Source: Akkermansia muciniphila
GTDB lineage: Bacteria; Verrucomicrobiota; Verrucomicrobiia; Limisphaerales; UBA9464
DNA: 64,000 nt
Direction of reading: 5' to 3'
NCBI GenBank assembly: GCA_945883815.1
Contig: CAMCYJ010000001.1
Coordinates: 235 to 64,234 of the forward strand
Shown here: in pieces, positions 57,934 to 64,000 of the stretch
Position numbering within the stretch: position 1 is the first letter of the stretch
Layout of the letters: every line of letters begins with the position of its first letter
Made by a program: the position numbers and the translations under genes
The notes under the pieces: model-generated
Told to the model about the DNA's origin: nothing
Database searches by the model: none
What the model saw: the letters and a program-made list of their open reading frames with translations, nothing else

Positions 57934-59043
57934 TCATCCCACGAGTTCCCGATGCAGGTGATGAACGAGCGTGGCGTTGTCGCACTGCAAGTACTGCATG
58001 GACCCGCCCATCCGAGAGAAACTCTTGCAGAACCTCAGGTAGTAGGCCGGGTTCGTCTTGGGAGGTTCCCCTTGGGTCCAGTCCCAACCGCCCCCGTCCT
58101 GAAGGTCCACCACATAAATACTGTGCCCGGACACCGGGCCCTTGCCCTGTTGGAACCGCAAATTGTGGGCGCAGCTCAAGCTCTTTTCGAAGACTTGCGG
58201 AGCCATGATGGCCGAACCGATGGACAAAACCACGCCCCCGTCCAGCGACTCCACCGCTCCGGCGAAGGACCGAAAATCTTGAGCAGCCGCCCGCCCAATC
58301 ACCGCCCCGTTGAACATGGGATGGCAGGAAATGATGTCATATCCGATCCCGGGATGCACCGTCACCGGCACACCCAACCGCCACGCCTGAGCCAACAAAC
58401 TCGCATGCTTCCAGGCATGCGTCACCGAGTGGTGACCAGAGGGCAACTCATGTCGGGCCATGGCCGAAAGCAGTTCGCAACACGCCCCGGCCATCGGATC
58501 GGACGGAAACTGGCCCACCACCTGCGCCAACGTTTCCGGATCCGGCAAATCGCATCCGTCTTCATGAATGAATTTGCCCAAGGCCTGACCGTAGCCCAGG
58601 CCTTGCAGTGCCCCAGCCATCAAGGCCAAGTGGATGTTCCGCCCCGTCTCATCCCACGTTCCAAAGGTCCCCGCGGCGACGTTTTCCTCCACCCCCTCCG
58701 TGGAGCGTCCCAACCACGCGTATTCCCAATCGTGGATGGTCCCAGCTCCGTTGGTGGCCAAGTGCTGAATGAAACCACCCTCCATCAAGCCTGTGAGCAG
58801 GGGCACCGCCCCATTGCGAATCAAGTGGGCCCCATACATCAGGATCACCGGTGCTCCCGATTTCCGGGCCGAGCGGATGGCTTCCACCATGTTGCCCACC
58901 GTGTCGGACTGAGCCGAAGACAAGGGAGCCGGGGGGCGATCGGTGGGAATGAGAATGTCCTCCACCCGGGTCAAACTGCGTCGTTCCTCCAACGGTCGAA
59001 CCTTCAAGCGCAACAAATCAATCGGCCCCATAGTTTGGGCCAT
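57934..59043 (-). CDS. Conserved hypothetical protein, deoxyhypusine-synthase-like fold suspected
   Basis: MYGAHLIRNG, LATNGAGTIHDWE, GTFG..DETG, TVHPGIGYDI, IGSAIMAPQVFEK. Start may be 59106. Confidence 0.7.
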   Translation of the reverse strand: MAQTMGPIDLLRLKVRPLEERRSLTRVEDILIPTDRPPAPLSSAQSDTVGNMVEAIRSARKSGAPVILMYGAHLIRNGAVPLLTGLMEGGFIQHLATNGAGTIHDWEYAWLGRSTEGVEENVAAGTFGTWDETGRNIHLALMAGALQGLGYGQALGKFIHEDGCDLPDPETLAQVVGQFPSDPMAGACCELLSAMARHELPSGHHSVTHAWKHASLLAQAWRLGVPVTVHPGIGYDIISCHPMFNGAVIGRAAAQDFRSFAGAVESLDGGVVLSIGSAIMAPQVFEKSLSCAHNLRFQQGKGPVSGHSIYVVDLQDGGGWDWTQGEPPKTNPAYYLRFCKSFSRMGGSMQYLQCDNATLVHHLHRELVG

Positions 59044-59163
59044 TGGAAAACCCGCCTCCCGCAAAAGAAAGCCCGCAATTCCCGAGTTGCGCCAATCCAA
59101 CCTCATGTTCAGACGAAAGATGAGACCGTTGCTACGCCATCGACGGCGGAGAGCCTCAAAAGA

Positions 59164-59430
59164 TCATTGCTCGGCCCACGGACGGCTGGGAGGCGGGGGC
59201 GGCGGTTCTTTCCAACGCCACGAGGAGGAGTAGGACCAGTTCAACCAGGGAGTCTCCAATCGCCGCCCACCCGGCAGCCCGGACTGAAGCAAGGCATCCA
59301 ACAACCCGCTGGTCATCAACGTACGGTCCACTCTCCAAGTCGGTTTGCCATCCAGCATCATGCGTTCGATGCCATTCAAAAGCAGAGTGAAGTGAGCCGC
59401 CGGCCGATATTCGGGATCTCCGAGGTTGCA
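59164..59430 (-). pseudogene. 3' remnant of a PVC-type conserved (oxidoreductase-like) protein
   Basis: HFTLLLNGIERMMLDGKPTWRVDRTLMTSGLLDALL...RLETPWL reads as a C-terminus; no room for the rest of the gene. Confidence 0.6.
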
Positions 59431-59513
59431 CGATACACGGGTCATCCCCGGCACGCTCCCAATCTATTCCTCAACCCGGACGCAGGAAACCCAGCCAGCC
59501 GTCTGTCATTGCA

Positions 59514-60542
59514 TCACACATTGCCCCGAGGGCCGCCGGGAGCCGTTGGCGGCTTGAAGGGCCAGGCCCCAAGAGGAGACACCGATGGAACAGCCGATGT
59601 TGCTTCAGCAAGAGCAACCCCACCCGCGGCAGGCACCATGTTTGCGGCAGGCACCCCGTCCACTTCGGCCGCCAGCGATTGTTCCAACAGAGGATGTCCC
59701 GGCGGGATGAGAGTAATGCGCCCATTCCCAGCGAGAGCCTTTTGTGTCTCGAGAATGGAAAACAGCGCAGAGGCCACCTCGGGATCGCGGGAAACCTCAT
59801 TCAGCGCGGCGCCCACGAGCTGCGGACGAATGGCCGAAGCCTTCGCGAATTCAATGGCGGCCCGCCGTTCCGCGGTGCTGGTGATGATGCTCACCTGATT
59901 AGCCCCATCCTGCTTGATGGCCGAAGTCACCTGGCGCAATCGATTGACCACCTTGCTCTCAATTTGCCGGATCATCGCCACATCCCGGAAATGCACTTTG
60001 CGGATGTAGACCGAACCCAAGCGATACCCCCACTCGTGCGACTTGGGCGAAACCTCATCCCGAACGGTGGAACTCATGCTGTGCCGATTGATGAGCATCG
60101 CATTCAGCGGAAGGTTGCTCAGGCAACGCACCGTGGAATTGCTGACATTGGCACCCAGAGATCCCCGCGGATCGGCGTTCTTGAACAAGTAGGCGACCGG
60201 ATCGCTAATGAACATCTCGAACCAAATGCCAATACCCATCGGAGCCCCCTCCTCGGAATTGACCGGCTGACTGCGCTGGTATTGCTGGTCGAGCCGCATG
60301 TCGATCACATGACGAGTGCCCAGCCAATTGACGATGAAGGCGCTCAACCCCAGACGCGGCAAGAGGAAGTGAATTCCGGGTTCATCAATGGTGGCCAGGA
60401 CCTTGCCGAACAGCACGTACACAACGCACTGGCGCTCTGGAACGATGACGTAAACGCCCAGCAGGCGCGCCAGCGCAAAGGCCATCGGCACCAAGACCCA
60501 GCAACCGATGAATGATAGCAGGAAGGCGATGAGGAAGGTCAT
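59514..60542 (-). CDS. SPFH/band-7 domain protein
   Basis: N-terminal TM, V...FGKV..T..EPGIHF, band-7-like core, AIEFAKA coil, Pro/Ala tail. Confidence 0.8.
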   Translation of the reverse strand: MTFLIAFLLSFIGCWVLVPMAFALARLLGVYVIVPERQCVVYVLFGKVLATIDEPGIHFLLPRLGLSAFIVNWLGTRHVIDMRLDQQYQRSQPVNSEEGAPMGIGIWFEMFISDPVAYLFKNADPRGSLGANVSNSTVRCLSNLPLNAMLINRHSMSSTVRDEVSPKSHEWGYRLGSVYIRKVHFRDVAMIRQIESKVVNRLRQVTSAIKQDGANQVSIITSTAERRAAIEFAKASAIRPQLVGAALNEVSRDPEVASALFSILETQKALAGNGRITLIPPGHPLLEQSLAAEVDGVPAANMVPAAGGVALAEATSAVPSVSPLGAWPFKPPTAPGGPRGNV

Positions 60543-61561
60543 GGGCGGGTCTCCAGAAAAATGCGTTGAGCGCGCTCATACAGGGCCAAATGCACATTGC
60601 GGACATAAGCCGCAAGCACCCTGGATCCGTTGCGTTTGAGTTCGGTCAACTGAGCCACCTGACTGGTGATGGGTTCGACCTCAGCCAGTGCCCGAAGTGT
60701 CTCGATTTCGACCGCACGCCGGGATTGCACGATCTTTTGATCAGCCGATGCCTGAGCCAAGCTGATGTCCGAAGAGACGTGGTTGTAGGCGGTGTTGATG
60801 GCCGCCAGCGCTGAATCAACTTCCGGTGGCGGATCAATGCCAGTGATCAACGACGCATCGAGCGTGATGCCGTACCGCGCAGCAGAGGTGCGGCATTCGT
60901 TGTCCATGTGCTCGTTCAGATCTCGCAGGTTTTTCCGGATGTCGTTGATGGAAATCCCGGAAACAATGGTGGCATCCGGACCACCGGTCACGACTTCGGG
61001 AGGATTTTGGGGGGAAACCGGCGGCGCGGCCGGCGCCTCGAAGTTGGCTATCCTCTCCCGCAACACGGAGACGAAATAACCCATGACATGGACTATGGGG
61101 TGCTTCACGCCAAAGAGGTAGGCGTAGAGATTTCGCTCGGAGACTTGGTATCGGATCTGACCGGTCAGACCGGTGTTGAGCTGGTCCTTGGTGACCGCCT
61201 CCAGGATGGTGCCGTTCTGATTGGCAGAAGGATCTTCGGGATCCCAGGCCATGTTCACCGTCTGGGTGGCAATGGACACCTTGTACACCCGCTCCCAAGG
61301 CCATCTGAAATAGGGCCCACCGGGCTGGATGACTCGAACCAGCGGGTAGTTGTAGCGGGATTTCTCCTCACTGTTGAGCGATTCGGAAATGGCGTCGCCG
61401 CTGGTGGTCAAATCTCCCATTCGCTGCGCCCGGCCAAAGGATGTTTTTACGGCGCGCTCGTTCTGGTTCACGGTGTAAAGACCCGCGACCAGATACCGAA
61501 CCAGAAACCACACAACGAAGCCGGAAGCGGCACCGAAGATTATCGAGGTGAGTTCGAACAT
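60539..61561 (-). CDS. SPFH/band-7 domain protein
   Basis: TM, YTVNQNERAVKTSFG, PGGPYFRWPW, AVTKDQ, YGITLD..LITGIDPPPEV..A...I. Confidence 0.82.
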   Translation of the reverse strand: MFELTSIIFGAASGFVVWFLVRYLVAGLYTVNQNERAVKTSFGRAQRMGDLTTSGDAISESLNSEEKSRYNYPLVRVIQPGGPYFRWPWERVYKVSIATQTVNMAWDPEDPSANQNGTILEAVTKDQLNTGLTGQIRYQVSERNLYAYLFGVKHPIVHVMGYFVSVLRERIANFEAPAAPPVSPQNPPEVVTGGPDATIVSGISINDIRKNLRDLNEHMDNECRTSAARYGITLDASLITGIDPPPEVDSALAAINTAYNHVSSDISLAQASADQKIVQSRRAVEIETLRALAEVEPITSQVAQLTELKRNGSRVLAAYVRNVHLALYERAQRIFLETRP

Positions 61562-61928
61562 GGCCTCTTTTTTCAAACATTAGCTGAATCAATCACCAAA
61601 CGCAAATCCTGGCATAGACCCGCTGATCGCCGCACCCGAAAGCGTCCCCAATGGCGCACCGTCCCGAGGGATGGCGTGCAGGTGTCCGATTCTCTCGGTC
61701 ACGCCAAGGCCGTAAAAGCTCAAGAAAGGCCGATCTCAGGGTGGCGGCAATTGAACCCCAAACCAAACACTTCGCATCTGTCGGCCCGCCGCAATCGACT
61801 GCATCAGGCGGTGGGCGCGGCGGGCACGGTCGGGGCCGGCTTGCTCTTGCAATCGGGGGCTGTCCCTGTTCCGACCTTCACGGACCGGAGCCCGTCACCG
61901 ACGATCCCACATGCCCTGGCCGCCCGAA

Positions 61929-63086
61929 TCAACGGGGCAACACCTCAGCCACCGGCGGAGCCGCCTGAGGACTGGCAGCATTGAAGTCTTCACCCAGCAG
62001 CGCGGCCACGGTCGCGGCCACCTGAGCCTGGCGAACCAATGGTACACCCTTGCGCTCACCCAGAGCCGGGGTATCAGGCCCGATGACCGCCATCCACAGG
62101 TAGGCCGAGTCGGTGATTTCCCGACCGTGATTCTTCCATGCCACAGGCGCAGGACCCCGACCGTGGTCAGCTGTGATCACCAGGCTGGTCTTGCCGCGGT
62201 ATCGCTGCGTGGATTGCACCCGCCTCCACAAGTCCGCCAAAAAGCGGTCGAATCCCTGAGCAGATCGCAAGTACCGCTCGTAGTTCCCCTCGTGAGCCCA
62301 GTCGTCGGTCTCGCCGTAAGAAACGTAGAGGGCGCGCGGTTGGAGGGTGTCGATCGCATGGAACGCAGCGTACCGGACGAAGGTATCCAACAAGACTCCC
62401 GACCAGAGCGTCTTGCTGTGCTCCACCATTTCGTCCAAAGCCCGAGGCACCGGCAGTCGGCGGGTTCCGGGCGGAACATCGAACCCGCTCCAAATTGGAA
62501 AACCCGCCCGAGGCCCATTCAAGACCCACGGCAGCACATCCCAATTGACCACCGCAGCCACCTTGCCCCGGTATCCCGGCCGGGTGTTCAGCCACTCGAA
62601 AACATTGGTGTTGGCGTTGAGCACCTTGTCATTGCTGTCGATCTTCGGATCGGCAATGCCGGTCAGGAATTCGTTGTAGCCCGGATACGAGAAATTGCGG
62701 CCATTGGTCACCCGGACCTCGGAACCCAGCGCCCGATTGCCCAAAAGCTGACCCTGCCGGGCCACCGTCCCCCACAAGAAGGGAAAGAGCACCTCGCGGC
62801 TTTGTTTGGGATCCGGCCTCCAGAACTCGGCCTTGAGTTCATTGGTTTTGCCGACATTGCCATATTGCTTGGAGATTAGGATTTCTTCGGCCCCTTGGAA
62901 TACTTCCTCCTGCCGCAGACCATCGGTGGTCACGAGAATCACATAGCGCGTCTTGTTCGCGGCTTGGGCCGAGAGCAAGAGTCCCATCACGCTCAAAACG
63001 CACAGCGCGAGGCGGAAATGAAGACCCGGAAGGGTTGGGGTTCGAGGCAAGGCGAAGGCAGTCACAGCGAACCGAATCGTGCGCAC
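61929..63086 (-). CDS. Alkaline-phosphatase-superfamily exported protein
   Basis: VILVTTDGLR, FSYPGY, YGETDDWAH, ITADHGRG. Start uncertain. Confidence 0.82.
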   Translation of the reverse strand: MRTIRFAVTAFALPRTPTLPGLHFRLALCVLSVMGLLLSAQAANKTRYVILVTTDGLRQEEVFQGAEEILISKQYGNVGKTNELKAEFWRPDPKQSREVLFPFLWGTVARQGQLLGNRALGSEVRVTNGRNFSYPGYNEFLTGIADPKIDSNDKVLNANTNVFEWLNTRPGYRGKVAAVVNWDVLPWVLNGPRAGFPIWSGFDVPPGTRRLPVPRALDEMVEHSKTLWSGVLLDTFVRYAAFHAIDTLQPRALYVSYGETDDWAHEGNYERYLRSAQGFDRFLADLWRRVQSTQRYRGKTSLVITADHGRGPAPVAWKNHGREITDSAYLWMAVIGPDTPALGERKGVPLVRQAQVAATVAALLGEDFNAASPQAAPPVAEVLPR

Positions 63087-63279
63087 ACCCCAACCATCGG
63101 TCAACCGACCGTCCGCAGGTGCAACTCTGGGGACAAAATTCCCAGCCGCCCCCTTCTTGAAACCGACTCGACCCACGACACCGCCGACCCAACACCGGCC
63201 CGCCTCCGAGCGAGCGGTTCGTTTTCGCTTTGGCACTGACAAATCGGGTCCATAGTCTCCGAGTAACCACCGCGTTTCC

Positions 63280-64000
63280 ATGGGCTCAAGAATTCCAACT
63301 CCGAACGGCATCCGCTGGGGACTCGCCGGCCTCTTCATTCCTGGCTTGATGGCGGCCCTAGGGCTGAACGCGGCCTCTCCGAGTCTGGAGTTCAATCGGG
63401 ACATCCGACGCATTCTTTCGGAGAACTGCTTCCAGTGCCACGGACCTGACGCGGGTGGCGGCAAAGCCGGCAAGAAAACCCTGCGCTTGGATTTGCCCGA
63501 GGCGGCCTACGCCCCGAGAGACGGGCATCCGGCCATCGTCCCCGGGCGACCGGAGCAAAGTGAAGTCATGCGCCGCATCGTCTCGACCGATCCGGATGAC
63601 AAGATGCCGCCGCCCGATTCGGGCAAGACCCTGTCGGCCACCGATCGGGCCACTTTGCAAGAGTGGATCCGTCAGGGTGCTACGTACTCTCGGCACTGGG
63701 CCTATGTCCCGCCGGTTCGTCCCCCGTTGCCGGCCATCGAAGCCCGGACGTGGCCCCGAAATCCCATCGATCAGTTCGTCTTGGCCCGACTGGAGCAAGA
63801 ACGTCTGAAGCCCAGTCCGGAGGCCGATTCAATGGCCTTGGAACGCCGCGCCAGCCTCGACTTGACCGGGTTGCCTCCCAAAGCCATCGAAGCTGGCGAC
63901 GGCCTAAGCTCTGACTACGAGCGATACGTCGACCAACTGCTGGCGTCGCGGGCCTATGGCGAACACTGGGCCCGTCTGTGGCTCGATCTGGCGCGTTACG
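63280..64000 (+). CDS. Planctomycete cytochrome c (PSCyt1)/DUF1549 protein, runs off the window
   Basis: Translated by hand (absent from the ORF track): FNRDIRRILSENCFQCHGPD, LRLD, MPP, EWIRQGA, HWAY, NPIDQFV, YGEHWARLWLDLARY. Confidence 0.88.
   Translation, partial: MGSRIPTPNGIRWGLAGLFIPGLMAALGLNAASPSLEFNRDIRRILSENCFQCHGPDAGGGKAGKKTLRLDLPEAAYAPRDGHPAIVPGRPEQSEVMRRIVSTDPDDKMPPPDSGKTLSATDRATLQEWIRQGATYSRHWAYVPPVRPPLPAIEARTWPRNPIDQFVLARLEQERLKPSPEADSMALERRASLDLTGLPPKAIEAGDGLSSDYERYVDQLLASRAYGEHWARLWLDLARY

Overview
GC-rich bacterial chromosome segment. Gene content (DUF1501/DUF1549/DUF1553 proteins, PQQ-like beta-propellers, a CotH/lamin-tail protein, eukaryote-type HisA) points to Verrucomicrobiota of the PVC group; this is inference, not a marker-gene call. 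About 50 intact genes are present: tpiA-secG-oppABC, aspartate aminotransferase, a large DUF2723/TMEM260-like glycosyltransferase, vapBC, hisA, thrB, a four-gene gamma-glutamylation amine-catabolism operon, a RAYT-type HUH transposase, bamD-lptE-PQQ-lgt, leuA, a long yicC-gmk-coaC-two-component-hpnD-hpnK-eamA-apbE run, an SPFH pair and others. No rRNA, tRNA or CRISPR array was recognised. The most notable unexplained structure lies between genes: (i) a 4.3-kb DUF1553/DUF1501 module bracketed by an exact 41-bp direct repeat equal to the 3' end of an internally deleted pilT, with no integrase; (ii) a dispersed miniature inverted-repeat family (ends like CCGGAACGATTCAATTGG), one copy sitting at a gene truncation; (iii) GTAG-type REP hairpins and an AGCCTGTCCC array that may be RAYT substrates; (iv) a short 'F-Y/F-R' terminal domain seen three times on unrelated proteins; (v) an AT-rich orphan secreted/membrane gene pair. 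All product calls come from motif recognition by eye; no database search was run.
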